Shown one piece after another: positions 49,921 through 62,155 of a stretch of 64,000 nt of DNA. The notes below the pieces were generated by a model. It was given only the letters and a program-made list of their open reading frames with translations, searched no databases and had not been told where the DNA came from. The translations under genes were made by a program, and so were the position numbers. Every line of letters begins with the position of its first letter. Positions within the stretch are counted from its first letter, which is position 1. Source of the stretch: Mustelus asterias (lineage: Eukaryota). The stretch is from contig NC_135805.1 of assembly GCF_964213995.1 (NCBI RefSeq), positions 106,950,001 through 107,014,000 on the forward strand, read 5' to 3'.

Positions 49921-51582
49921 TCGGTATTCACAAAGGAGAGGGATGTGTTGACTGGGAGTGTCTCGGAGGGGAGTGTTGAAAATCTCCATTACAAGGGAGG
50001 AAGTGTTAGGTTTTTTAGGGAATATAAAGACTGACAAATCCCCAGGGCCTGATGGAATCTATCCAAGGCTGCTCAGGGAGACGAGAGATGAAATCACTGG
50101 GCCTCTGACGCAAATCTTTGTCTCGTCACTGGACACAGGTGAGGTCCCAGAGGATTGGAGGATAGCTAATGTGGTCCCGTTATTTAAGAAGGGTAGGAAG
50201 GATAACCCGGGAAATTATAGGCCGGTGAGCTTGACGTCCGTGGTCGGGAAGTTGTTGGAGAGGATTCTTAGAGATAGGATGTATGCGCATTTAGAAGGGA
50301 ATAAACTCATTAACGATAGTCAGCATGGTTTTGTGAGAGGGAGGTCATGCCTCACTAACCTGGTGGAGTTTTTTGAAGAAGTGACTAGAATGGTTGATGG
50401 GGGAAGAGCTGTGGATGTCGTCTATATGGACTTTAGTAAAGCGTTTGACAAAGTCCCTCATGGTAGGTTGGTGCAAAAGGTTGGATCTCATGGGATAAAG
50501 GGGGAGGTGGCTAGATGGGTGGAGAACTGGCTTGGTCACAGAAGACAGAGGGTGGTAGTGGAAGGGTCTTTTTCCGGCTGGATGCCTGTGACTAGTGGTG
50601 TTCCGCAGGGCTCTGTATTGGGACCTCTGCTGTTTGTGATTTATATAAACGATCTGGAAGAAGGTGTAACTGGGGTGATCAGTAAGTTTGCGGACGACAC
50701 GAAAATGGCTGGACTTGCAGATAGTGAGAAACATTTTCAGAGGCTACAGAAGGATATAGATAGGCTGGAAATTTGGGCAAAGAAATGGCAGATGGAGTTC
50801 AATCCAGATAAATGCAAAGTGATGCATTTTGGTAGATCTAACGTAGGGGGGGAGCTATACGATAAATGGCAGAACCATAAAAGGTGTAGATACGCAGAGG
50901 GACCTGGGTGTGAAAGTCCACAGATCCTTGAAGGTGACATCACAGGTGGAGAAGGTAGTGAATAAGGCATATGGCATGCTTGCCTTTATAGGACAGGGCA
51001 TAGAGTATAAAAGTTGGGGTCTGATGTTGCAGTTGTATAGAACGTTGGTTCGGCCGCATTTGCAATACTGCGCCCAGTTCTGGTCGCCACACTACCAGCA
51101 GGACGTGGAGGCTTTAGAGAGAGTGCAGAGGAGGTTTACCAGGATGTTGCCTGGTATGGAAGGGCTTAGTTATGAGGAGAGATTGGGTAAACTGGGGTTG
51201 TTCTCACTGGAAAGACGGAGGATGAGGGGTGACCTAATAGAGGTGTATAAAATTATGGAAGGCATAGATAGGGTGAACGGTGGGAAGTTTTTTCCCAGGT
51301 CGGTGGTGACGTAGGTTTAAGGTGAGGAGGGGGAGGTTTAACACGGATATCAGAAGGACGTATTTTACACAGAGGGTGGTGGGGGCCTGGAATGCGCTGC
51401 CGGGCAAGGTGGTGGAGGCGGACACACTGGGAACGTTTAAGACTTATCTAGATAGCCACATGAACGGAGTGGGGATGGAGGGATACAAAAGAATGGTCTA
51501 GTTTGGACCAGGGAGCGGCATGGGCTTGGAGGGCCGAAGGGCCTGTTCCTGTGCTGTATTGTTCTTTGTTCTTTGTTTGTTC
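49921..51582 (+). mobile_element. Young 5'-truncated CR1/HER1-type LINE; RT domain with a frameshift near 50850
   Basis: KSPGPDGI, NYRPVSLTS, QHGF, DFSKAFDKV, GVPQGSVLGPLLF, KFADDTK. The C-terminus continues in ORF 50910-51314. (TTCTTTG)n tail. Confidence 0.96.
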
Positions 51583-52721
51583 TATAACAGCCAGGTCACG
51601 TTGGACTTCCCCTTTTCCTAAACTGCCACCATTCAGATAATAATCTTCCTTCCTGCTTTTGACACCAAAGTGGATAACCTCACATTTATCCACATTATAT
51701 CGCATTTGTCAAGTATTTGCCCACTCAGCCAGCCTGTCCAAGTCACTCTGCAGTCTCAGCATCCTCCCCACAGCACACACTGCCACCCAGCTTAATGTTG
51801 TCTGCAAATTTGGAGATGTTGCATTCAATTCCTTCATCCAAATAATTAATTATACCGCGAACAGCTGGGGTTCCAGCTCTGAACCCTGCGATACCCCACT
51901 AGTCACTGCCTGCCACTCTGAAAAGGACCCGTTTATTCCCACTCTCTGCTTCCTGTCTGCCAACCAGTTCTCTATCCTTGTCAATAAATTACCACCAATA
52001 CCATGAGCTTTAATTTTGCTCTCTGATCTCTTGTGTGGGACCTTGTCAAAAGTCTTTTGAAAGTCCTTTTTGAGGTCGCATCCTTAAATTCTGGAAGATT
52101 TGTCAAGCACGGTTTCCCTTTAGTGAATCCATGCTGACTTGGACTGATCCTGTCACCCCTTTCCAAACGCTCAGTTATTACATCCTTAATAATTGACTTC
52201 AGCATTTTCCCCAACACCAATGTCAGGCTAACCAGTCTATAATTCCCCATTTTCTCTCTCTCTCTCCCTTTTAAAAAAGTTTGGGTTACATTAGCTACCC
52301 TCCAATCCACTGCAACTCTTCCAGAGCCTATAGAATGCTGGAAAATGATCACCAATGCATCCACTGTTTCTCGGGCCACTTGCTTGAATACTCTGGGATG
52401 CAGAGCATCAAGCCCTGGGGACTTATTGGGTTTTAATCCCAGCAATTTCTCCAATCCCAGCAATTTCCCCATAGCCAAATTTTCATGTGGCACTAAAACA
52501 GATGGGATAGTAAGTTGAAATAAGAAATTCACAAACGGATATGAGTAGGTTAAGTGAATGGGGCAAAATTTGGCGAATGGCTTTTAATGTGAATAAGTGG
52601 TAGGAAAAATATAAAGGCAAATTATTACCTAATTGGAGAGAAAGTTCGGAGCGCTATGGTGCAGAGGGATCTGGATGTCCTCATGCATGAGTCGCAGAAA
52701 ACCTGTGCGCAGGTACAGCCC

Positions 52722-53620
52722 AATCCGAGAATATTGTCCGGAAGAATGGTGAGCCCATGTCCCCACTAATCCAATACTATGACAATATCTTGAACAATGC
52801 AAGCACCTCACAGTCATTGACTTTCTCATCTTCAATGAGAGAATTGTCATACCAAGAACACTTAGGATTAATTTTTCAAAAGCTTCGACAAGGTCATCTA
52901 GGATTACCAAAATGTTGTGTGAGAGTGCAGCAATCAGTCTGGTAGCCAGGCATTACTTGCTGTATAGAAGAATTATTCCTAACTGTCTTACTTGTGCTGT
53001 AAGCAACCAAGAGCAAAAAGAACCACTATTACCTTCTACTTTTCCATCAAGGCATGGGAGCACCTGGGAACGGACATACTGAATTTAGAGATTAATCCTT
53101 CCTTATTGTAATTGATTACTATTCGTGGCGGATTGGAGTAAACAGATTGCATTGTATCAGAACCGAAACAGTCATCCAGTCTCTCATGGAATTTATGCAA
53201 TACATGACATTCCAGATATCCGACACTAGGTTCATAATTTGCTAATGAGCTATTCCACAATTTTGCAAATGAATATGGCTTCTTTCAAATTCACCTTCCT
53301 ACCCTCAAACAAGTGGAGAAGCTGAGAAAAGGATATGAACTGTCAAAGATTTGTTGAAGGAAATTAAGACCTTAATCTAGCTCTTCTGAGTTATCGAGCC
53401 TCTCCACTACGAAATGGTTTCTCACCATCAGAGTGAGAATGGGCAGGAGAGTGAGAACACAGTTTCCATCTCTAGAACAAAAACTTAGACCCAATATTGT
53501 CACGAACCAGCCTGAGAGGGTAAAACAGTGTGAGGAAGATCAGAGGAGCAACCAGGCTCGGAACTTTAATCACAGACATAGAGCATGAGATACCAAGCTG
53601 AAGCCAGGGTGACTGACAGA
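52722..53620 (+). pseudogene. Degenerate Gypsy integrase relic
   Basis: RIVIPRTLR..KLRQGHLGLPKCCVRVQQSVW*PGI, PSRHGSTWER, IDYYSWRI, PQTSGEAEK, LALLSYRASPLRNGFSPSE. Confidence 0.85.
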
Positions 53621-53961
53621 AGGAAGGCACAATCATTGAAAAACTCCACAATCAAAATTGAGACAGGATTGAGACAGGTCAGGCTACAATAAGGAGAAAA
53701 TGCAACTTATCCTTGGAGAGAAAGCCAATAGAAACTTGGGCTTATTACTCAGGTCCTGATGAAGAAGAGGAATGACTGACTCAGAGCTCTGCAGCCACCC
53801 AGGAGAAGATCACTCACATCCACAGAGGAGAGAATGTGCAATATCATTGATTTCAAAAGGAGGTCAGAACAAGATCAGGGAGATTGGTCAAGGCATCTCA
53901 TCTCTGTAAAGCCTGAGTCTTTTGGGGAGATGAAGGAGGATGTAAGTATGATAGAGATAAA

Positions 53962-54097
53962 GGGTGGGATTTTCCAGCCGCGTGCGCCCCAAGACCGGAA
54001 ATTCCTGCCGGAGGTCAACGGACCTCTCGATGTCCACCAAATGTTCTGTTCCGCCTGCTACAATTCCCACGGCAGGTGGGATGGGAAAATTCCACCC
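53962..54097. mobile_element. 136-bp Harbinger-type MITE
   Basis: TIRs GGGTGGGATTTTCC / GGAAAATTCCACCC (13/14 match); 3-bp TSD AAA. Confidence 0.85.
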
Positions 54098-55552
54098 AAA
54101 GACTTGTGGGATACATTGGATAAAGAGTTAACATCAGAAGCGCACATGATGCTGATGAAATACAGATGTCAGATCACATGACTGAGAAGTAAGAAAGTCC
54201 TGGAAGGAGGAGAAGCTCCAAAGCTGTGTCATTTTGTAAATGTCTGAATACTTGTTGTAAATAGACAGTAATCATTTTGAGAAACGACAGACTCGAGCAG
54301 CATACTGTGGGAGAATAGGCAATCTCCAAAAATCTCGTCTAGACCCCGACCACACAACAAAAAATTGACTCTGGTATATTTAACCTCAGAATCAGAAATG
54401 CAAAGTCCATGTTTTGCCACCACTTCTTCTCAACACCACTTAATATCCAGAAGAGGAAAGTTTACACCCACTGTGTACAATGGCTACGGTCACTTTCTGC
54501 AGCAGGAGCATTTGGGTAATTGGAAAAGAAAGGGGTGAAGGAAAGAAAGTTTAAAAATTGGCGAATCTGAGGGGACAAAGGAAAGGAGGGCTGAAGCTAT
54601 GTAATGTTTTGTAGGAGGAAGTGGGGAAGCTGAAGAAAGTCCTGAGGGGACGGAGAATGCCACCTGGAATGAAAAAGTGCTGCCGTGGGGATTGAGATTG
54701 GATTGATCAGAGTGGATATTAGCCAGATAAACTGAGGGTACCTGATCGGTTCCATCTTGCACTGAGGTGGGACAAAAGCAGCCAACACAAACTAGAAGGG
54801 TAGGAGAAGGTGTGTATCTCCGATCCTGAAATCCCATGGGAAGTTTCGCAACGACATGGCATAATGTTGGAGGGAAACCAGTGAGCGATCTCGTCCATCG
54901 TAAGATCTGAACCTTACTCCTGCATCTTGCTGCAAATCAGTGGGTTAGTCGTGGCAACAGCAGGAAAGCTGGGACAGAGAGGCCTCTCTCTGACCATATA
55001 ACATCTCTTCCTCTCTGATCCCCACTGCCAAGGCTGCCAGCTCCCCTTGCTGGAGGTAACTGCCCAGGGGATCACATTAGGTCCAGACTCCTACACAATA
55101 TTTTCTGTTGCTCTTGAGGAAATGGCGACAATCCCCCCACCAAAGGCTGTTGAATGAAGCTCGCTTTAGAAGACCAATCTGTCAATGAAAGAGGTGTTAC
55201 TGCTTCCCGCGCTAACTAACCAAGCATAGCATCAGACTGAAAGCCAAACTCCTAATGCAGTGAAAGGGATATGTAGCCATAGAAACTATTTTTGATTCAG
55301 ACAGTGATGCTGCTGTCATTATCTAATTTTGAATGAGAGTTGGGAAATTGCCCAGCGTCAGTAATACTTGTATAAATATAATCACTGTTGAAGTTTATTC
55401 AACACAAACATTAACAAAACAGTTAAATCACGGGCTGAATGAGTGCACAACATTTTAAACTGTCACAAAATAATCTCCAAAGAGATTACAAGGTATTTGC
55501 ACTGTCTGATTAGCGAACTACAATCCTAACATTGTAAAGTTGGTAGGTTTAT

Positions 55553-55833
55553 TTCATATTCATTCGTGGGGCATGGGGGTTGCTGGCTGCCCAGCATTTA
55601 TTGCCCCTCCCGAGTTGCCCTTGGAGGGCAGTTGATTCTCAACCACATTGCTGTGGCCCTGGAGTCACATATAGGCCAGACCAGGTAAGGATGGCAGATT
55701 TCCTTCCCTAAAAGACATTAGTGAACCAGATGGGTTTTTCCCATAATCGACCATGGCAGGATTTCAACCCAAAACACCAGCAGAGTTTCTGGATTAATAG
55801 TCTAGTGATAATACCACTAGGCCATTGCCTCCC
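55553..55833 (-). mobile_element. tRNA-derived SINE family C
   Basis: Homolog of 31057-31399 with an internal deletion. Confidence 0.85.
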
Positions 55834-56465
55834 TTGCTGAAACCTGGGGCTAGATTTTTGAAGACTGACAGGAGAAGGACTGGGGGTCTGAAATTTCCCA
55901 CTGCTGCTTGGCGTGCCTGTTTGCTGGCCCAATTCTGACCTTGTGCCATTTTAGAAAAGATCAGGTCAGAGAGCAGAATGGTTATCTGCCCATAAGCAGA
56001 TGGCGGGGAGCCACTCAAAGTAAATAAGGGGTCCAGTGAGGCTCCTGTCCCGCATTGACTGGAGTTTTCCAGTCAGCACCTAGGCCTCATGCAGTAGGCC
56101 CGACATTGGAGTTGCTGATGCATCAATGCTTGAGGGCCACCTATTGACCCTCTAGCCTCACACCCTCCACCTGCTGTCCATAATTCAGCAACACTGACAA
56201 ATCATGTTTGGGGTCTACTTCAGATGCAGTGTGGAACTGACACCCAGAGACTCTCCTAATGTCTTATTGCCAAGCTTAAAATGAAAATCCAGCCCTCAGA
56301 AACTCTCACCTTTTCAGTCAACTTCATAGAAGTGGATGAGAAATCCAGTTCCTATTATACAATTTGTACTCAATCATGGACATATTGACTCCCCAAAGCA
56401 CAGGAGACAGAGAAAGATCATGTGACTGGATTGCATGCCCGTAAGAAAGCGGCACTCAATCCCAG

Positions 56466-56687
56466 AAGAATGAAAGAACTACATTTATATAGTGCCTTTC
56501 ACGTCCTCAGGATATCCCAGAGAACTTTGCAGCCCAGGAAGTACTTCTTAAAATGTAGTTACTGTTGGAAAGTGTAGGAAACAAGGCAGACAATTTGCAA
56601 ACGGCAACGAGATAATGAGCAGGGAATCCATTTACAGTATAAATAGCCGGGACACCAGGAAGAGCTTCCCTGCTCTACTTCAGAATG
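56466..56687 (-). mobile_element. Deu-domain SINE 3' part
   Basis: CATTTATATAGTGCCTTTCACGTCCTCAGG tail and GGACACCAGGAAGAGCTTCCCTGCTCT core. Confidence 0.7.
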
Positions 56688-56864
56688 GTGGATCAGTGAG
56701 AGAGCAGCATCTGGGACTGGCCAAGGAGGGGACTTGCCCCTCAAGGTAGCGTCCAGTTATACCAAGAGAAAAGCAATGTTGAAAAAGCTGCAAGTCAAAA
56801 GCATGTGAGGTGGATTTTCCCTCTGGTCTTCTGAACGCCCACCTTCAGGGGGATTTGGGGAGAT

Positions 56865-57080
56865 CCTTTTCCCCCAGAGGGTGGTGCGAATCCGGAGCAC
56901 ACTGCCTGAAAGCGTGGTAGAGGTGGAAACGCTCACATTTAAGAAGCATTTAGATGAGCACTTGAAATGCTATGGACTGTGCTGGAAAATGAGATTAGAA
57001 TAGAAAGGTGCTTGATGGCTGGTGAGACATGATGGGCCAAAGGGCCTCTTTCAGTGCTGTAAAGCTTTATGACTCTATGT
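56865..57080 (+). mobile_element. CR1 3' fragment
   Basis: CAGAGGGTGGTGCGAATCCGGAGCACACTGCCTGAA...GGGCCAAAGGGCCTCTTTCAGTGCTGT..ATGACTCTATG. Confidence 0.8.
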
Positions 57081-57612
57081 CAAGCTTCAACATGGGTCAG
57101 AAGTTTAAAGTTAATTTATTAGTGTCACAAGTAGCCTGACATTAACACTGGCGCTGTGAGGTAGCACTGCTAACCACTGTGTCACCGTGCTGCCCTCGGC
57201 ATGCATTGTGTGGGAAAAAGTCATCTGCAGAGAGTGAGCACATGAATTGTAAGAGAGAGGGCCTGCATCCTGGAGGTCAGTCAAAAGTGTTCCCAGCACT
57301 CACACAATAGCACTTACCCACAGGCCAGACCATCACTGTGGCCCGTTGACCAATCCAGTTATTCCCTTAGGCTTCTCCCTGGAAAATCTGCATTTGCAGC
57401 TGGGAATAATGTCAAAGCCGGTGGCAGTTGGTGCTGTTACAAAACAATCTTATTGCGACAGCAGTCAAATCCCAACATCTATATTCCAAGAGAGAAAAGT
57501 AGCAAGGAATAATCTTTAGTATCCTTATCTCTGCTTGGGAACCGCATGGCAATTGCCAGTAAATCATCCTCTGGTAAATGTCCTCATTGACAGATCAATA
57601 TTTGGAATCAAA

Positions 57613-57923
57613 TGGGTGGCACGGTGGTACAGTGGTTACCTCTGCTGCCTCACAGCACCAGGGACCCGGGTTCGATTCTGGCCTTGGATAACCGTGTGTG
57701 CGGAGTCTGCACCTTCTCCCCGTGTCTACGTGGGTTTCCTCCGGGTGCTCCGATTTCCTCCCACAGTCTGAAAGACGTGCTGGTTAGGGTGCATTGGCCG
57801 TGTTAAATTCTCCCTCAGTGTACCCGAACAGGCGCCGGAGTGTAGCAACCAGGGGATTTTCACAGTAACTTCATTGCAGTGTTAATATAAGCTTACTTGT
57901 GACACGAATAAATAAACTTTAAA
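57613..57923 (+). mobile_element. V-SINE type B, full length (a head-tail deletion derivative lies at 57100-57195, minus)
   Basis: GGGTGGCACGGTGGTACAGTGGTTA head; GGATTTTCACAGTAACTTCATTGCAGTGTTAAT..TTGTGACACGAATAAATAAACTTTAAA tail. Confidence 0.9.
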
Positions 57924-59949
57924 GCAAAAATCCAGAGAGACACTCAGAAGCTTCTGTGGAAAGAGAGAGGGAAGCTGCCTGTGCTTTTATTACAGTTTCC
58001 TCACCATTTCTGAGTTTCTCCAGATTATTTGTTGTGAAACTCTGAAATTGTACTTCACCCCGTCCGAATCGTTTGTTATCCCAATCTCAAATTGCTCACC
58101 ATCATCCAGTTTTTCATGAAACAGATGAATAAAACAAGGGTCCTTAAAATGATCACTCAATGTTTGAAATTCTCTGAATGCTACCAGATGACCCCAAATT
58201 AAGGAGACTCTCACATTCACTCTCTCTGCTGCACAGCCTGTAATGAACATGTCTTTATCACACGTCAAAGCTTTTCACAAGGACTCAACTCAGATTCTTG
58301 GTTGGTAACTGATGAAGTTATCCTTCCAAATCCTTACATACACATACAGGTATATACACGCTCCAAAATGGATAATATCAGCAAATTTAGATCCACTACA
58401 GCTGTAAGTGGCTTATTTTATATCCATTAAGCCCAATTAAATCTTGTTGCAAAAGATAAACATTTTTCTCCATCCACACACCTTTAAGTGAAGATACTTT
58501 TATACGTTTGTCGAGGGTGATTTTGAGTCCACGCTCTCCGTCCGCGGGATTGGCGACGCGTGTGCAGAAACTGGAGACATGGAAAGCATGATTCGTACCA
58601 GCGAGTTTCCGAGTTCCGATCTTTCAGCCCCCTGGCCGTTGGAGTGGCGTGAAACACTCGCCAGGAAGCTGATTTTAATACATTAGCATGTCCTTAGCGA
58701 GTACTTTCTCCAGAACGACCCCCCTCACTGGATATTCAGCGGGCACTGGCGTGACATCACACTGGCACCTTTACAACAGCTCCGCCTGACACCTTCATCT
58801 CTGAGGAGGAGTTCAGAGGTGAGCACTCAGCCAGCCAGCAATGTCTGGGATGTGCACTGCTCAGGGAACACTGGAGAGAACTTGGGGTGGGTGGGGGGGG
58901 GGGGAGGGGGGAAGACAGATAAGTGCAACTTGGAGACGTGGTCCCAGAATCGCCATTTTGGGGAGTAGGGTTGACAGGGGTCACTTGCAGGCCTCACCTT
59001 CCCTTCGTGTCCTTGTTTTAAAGGGGTTGTGAAGGTTGGTCTGCAGGCTCCTTCCTGGGTTCCTGTCCATATTGCAGCTGATGGAGTGCCCTTCCTTAGT
59101 GAGGGCTGGCAGGAGATGGGAGAGCTGAAAACAAGACGCTCAGCATGGGGGTAGCTGTGAGTTACCCGGGAGGGATCCCACGTGAGGCCGCGCTGTCAGG
59201 GCAGAGTAGGGCAATTCAGGAATGGGCTGTGTCTCCCCTCGTGTGGCCTGAAGGGCCTCACACTCGGTGGAGGATGACTGGCACCCACACTCAGGCAGCA
59301 GTGTGAGAACAAAGGGGAGAAGCTGCCCGGAAGTCCCAAACCAATTGTCAGGGGTGCTTGAGTGTAGCGGCCAATCTCAATGGGTCATGGAAGGTTGCTC
59401 AGCTCTGCACCTCTTGTGACCCGGGAGAAACAGGGGGGAATGCACTGGATATGCAAATTGCTGGCCTCACAAGATCCAGATGTGCCTCGTCTTGGCTGAA
59501 TAGCCACCCCAGCCTCCCCTTGCTAGTGGTTATGCTGCGCAGCCGAAAAGCACAGCCATTTAATGGAGGCCACCTTTTAACCCTTTGCAATCGAATGGGT
59601 CCACGCACTGCATCCTGCTGGAGTCGACAGGGACCAATGTGGAAATATGGCTATAGTGTCTGAGTGGAGGGTGTGAGGGATGGCGTTGAGGCAGCTACTG
59701 AGTGAGCTACCATTGGGTGATAGTCCCAGAGAGATTGAGGGAGGAAGGTCGGGACTCTCTCAAACCCATATAGCTCACTGTGGTTTTTTCTTCATTACAG
59801 TGCATGGTCTGGAGCATCATGGACCTTGTCAAGTTGGCTATTCTTATTGCCATGGAGTGGCCCAGAGACACTGCTGTGGCACAGCACCTGGTCAGGACCA
59901 GCGCCTTGCAGAGCAGAGAGGTTGGGCCTGTTGGTGTTCTGGGAACAGC

Positions 59950-60990
59950 ACTGCAGATGCGTAAGTACCACCCGAGGGTATTGCAGTGTCGGTTATTGTA
60001 CTTGCAGGTGTCACAGATGCAGTGCCGTAGAAGGCTGCATCTGTCCCAGGGGACAGTGGGCCACCTCTGGCAGACCTTGCAAGGGCTGGCACCATATGGA
60101 ATGGGAGGCCACCCCCTGTCTGTGACCCTTAAACTCACAGCCACTCTGAATTTCTACACAAGTGGCTCATTCCAGGGCAGCACGGGCAACCTGTGTGGCA
60201 TCTCTCAGTCAGTCACACACAGATGCATCCGGGAGCTAACAGATGCCCTTTATGCAAGGGCTCACATTTATATCAACTTGGATTGGGACCAGGTGAGCCA
60301 AGATGCCAGGGCCATGGGCTCCGCCACCTTAGCAGGCCTGTCCCAGGTGCAATGTTTTATTGTCTGCTTCCATGTGGCCCTGTGTGCTCCATGGTGCCAC
60401 ACGGCGCCGTTCATGAACCACAAGGAATACAGCTCCCTCAGTGTGCAGCTCATCTGTGACCACACGGTGCGCTTCATGCAGGTGTGTACCCATTTCCCAG
60501 GGTGCATCCATGACAGGTAGATTGTTGGGTGCTCTCAGATCACAGCCATCTTTGAGGGAGAGCGGCGGCTGGAGGGATGGCTTTTTTGGGACAAGGGGCA
60601 CCCTCTCAGGAGGTGGCTGATGACACTAGTGTGGAGGACACAAACTCCAGTGGAGACTCGTTACAGTGAGGCTGGCGCTGCAATGTGCGTGTTGCTGGAA
60701 CAGGCGATTGGCCTGCTGAAGATACGGTTCTGGTGCCTGGGCCAGTCCGGGGGAGCAGGGCGGGGGGATCCCTACAATACAGCCCCCAGAAGGTCTCCCA
60801 CATTGTCATGGTCTGCTGTGCTCTCCACAACATGGCGCTGCAGAGGGGAGACCATCTGGACCTGGCAGAGATGGAGGAGCACCACCTCTCCTCAGATGAG
60901 GAGGATGTCGAGGAGGGCGGTGAGGGTGACCACGCAGAAGAAGAAGCGGAAGGAGCCCAGGCCGTGGACAGGGCCCGACTGGGCTGATGC
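59950..60990 (+). pseudogene. Harbinger (HARBI1-family) DDE transposase pseudogene
   Basis: QCRRRLHLS, LNFYTSGSFQ..CGISQS, SLSVQLICDH, FPGCIHD*, GWLFWDKGHPLRRWLMT, EQAIGLLKIRFWCL, LQYSPQKVSHIVMVCCALHN. Stop at 60518-60520, frameshift ~60760, first catalytic D lost (IVCFH in place of IDCTH). Confidence 0.93.
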
Positions 60991-61416
60991 ACAAGGGATG
61001 GCCTCACAGCATCTCTTCGGGGATGAGCAGGACTAGGAGTGACTAGCTGTTCCACCATGGGGACTAACATCTCACCAGTTATGTGGTGCCAGCAGTTTGC
61101 TCCCATGCCGTTGCAAGGCATCATGGTCAGGATGCTGAAGCCATTAGCCGGACTCTGCGGGAGAATGATGATGACTTGCATTGAGGATAGAGCAATGCTC
61201 CTCTCATCCTCAGCGATATGTCTGACTCCTGCCTGACAGAGAGCTTAACATGTCCTGCCATCGAATGGGCTTATCACAGGGCTCAGAGGAGTGAAAGGGA
61301 GTTCACCCTTCCATGAATGGGGGTTGGGGTTTGGCTCGCTGGGGTGCTGGCAGTGGCAGCGCCTCCTTACTTTGTTGCCAGTGTGGTTGGGACATAGCAC
61401 TGCCATTCTCACACTC

Positions 61417-61562
61417 TAAGAAGTCTCACAACACCAGGTTAAAGTCCAACAGGTTTATTTGGTGGAGTGGGTTTTGCTACCAAATAAACCTGTTGGACTT
61501 TAACCTGGTGTTGTGAGACTTCTTACTGTGTTTACCCCAGTCCAATGCCGGCATCTCCACAT
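61417..61562. mobile_element. PLE family-A inverted pLTR insertion
   Basis: 13-bp direct repeat CATTCTCACACTC at 61404-61416 and 61563-61575. Confidence 0.9.
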
Positions 61563-61970
61563 CATTCTCACACTCCACAGTAACGAGGCACTGGGTGAGC
61601 ATGGTGGTTCCCCAAGCTTGGTGGCATGAACAGACTCTGTGGGTGGCTCTGTGGGTGACCAAAGTGAATTTTAATGCCAAACATTCAAAGCAAAATGGTG
61701 ACCTATCTACACTAGTGCCTATATTCACCTGTGCCCACTAAGTGCCTACAGTTTCTTAATTTTCCTGACCTTCCCACTACGTCTAGTTGTATTCCTAGGA
61801 TGCGCAGCTGAGGTTGAGGCGGTCTGCTGACTTCCACAACGTTTTGCCTGGGGTGACCTTGGCGGGTGTTCCCTGGATGGCTGGGACTTTGAGGGTCCAG
61901 GCTTGCTGTCAGGCAGACTGATGTTTGACTGCTTCCCTCTTTGATGTCCAGGGCTGGGGGTGGTGTCACT

Positions 61971-62143
61971 GTAAGAAGTTTAACAACACCAGGTTAAAGA
62001 CCAACAGGTTTATTTGGTAGCACAAGCCACCTTTTGCTTTTGCTACCATGGCTTTTGCTACCAAATAAACCTGTTGGACTTTACCCTGGTGTTGTTAAAC
62101 TTCTTACTGTGTTTACCCCAGTCCAACGCCGGCATCTCCACAC
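61971..62143. mobile_element. PLE family-A inverted pLTR insertion
   Basis: 12-bp direct repeat GGTGGTGTCACT at 61959-61970 and 62144-62155. Confidence 0.9.
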
Positions 62144-62155
62144 GGTGGTGTCACT

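Larger units (their letters stand above)
48855..52469 (-). mobile_element. CR1 LINE (minus strand) interrupted by a SINE and a younger CR1
   Basis: KSPGLDALHPRVFK..GNYRLVSLT..SQHGFTKGKPCLTNL (52532-51981), RYNVDKCEVIHFG (from 51705), FFTQRVVNLWNCLP (~49100), (TTTCTATG)n tail at 48855. Confidence 0.9.
48753..52720 (+). mobile_element. Old CR1 RT fragment split into 48753-48854 and 52470-52720
   Basis: SGWQDVTIVVPQGSVFGPQLFTIYVNDLDAGIV continues after the nest as IAKFSCGTK (decayed KFADDTK)...RLSEWGKIWRMAFNVNK. Confidence 0.8.

Noticed and set aside
541-57923. tRNA genes suggested by A/B boxes
   Set aside because: All are SINE heads continuing into SINE core and tail sequence; none forms a complete cloverleaf.
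59780-61036. Domesticated HARBI1 gene
   Set aside because: It has a stop, a frameshift and a lost catalytic Asp, and lies within a transposon context with a convergent ORF2 relic.
14827-62143. CRISPR-like array or miRNA cluster from the recurring palindromic repeats
   Set aside because: The copies are dispersed, mostly have their own TSDs and match a PLE terminus; there is no regular repeat-spacer period and no cas genes in this eukaryotic DNA.
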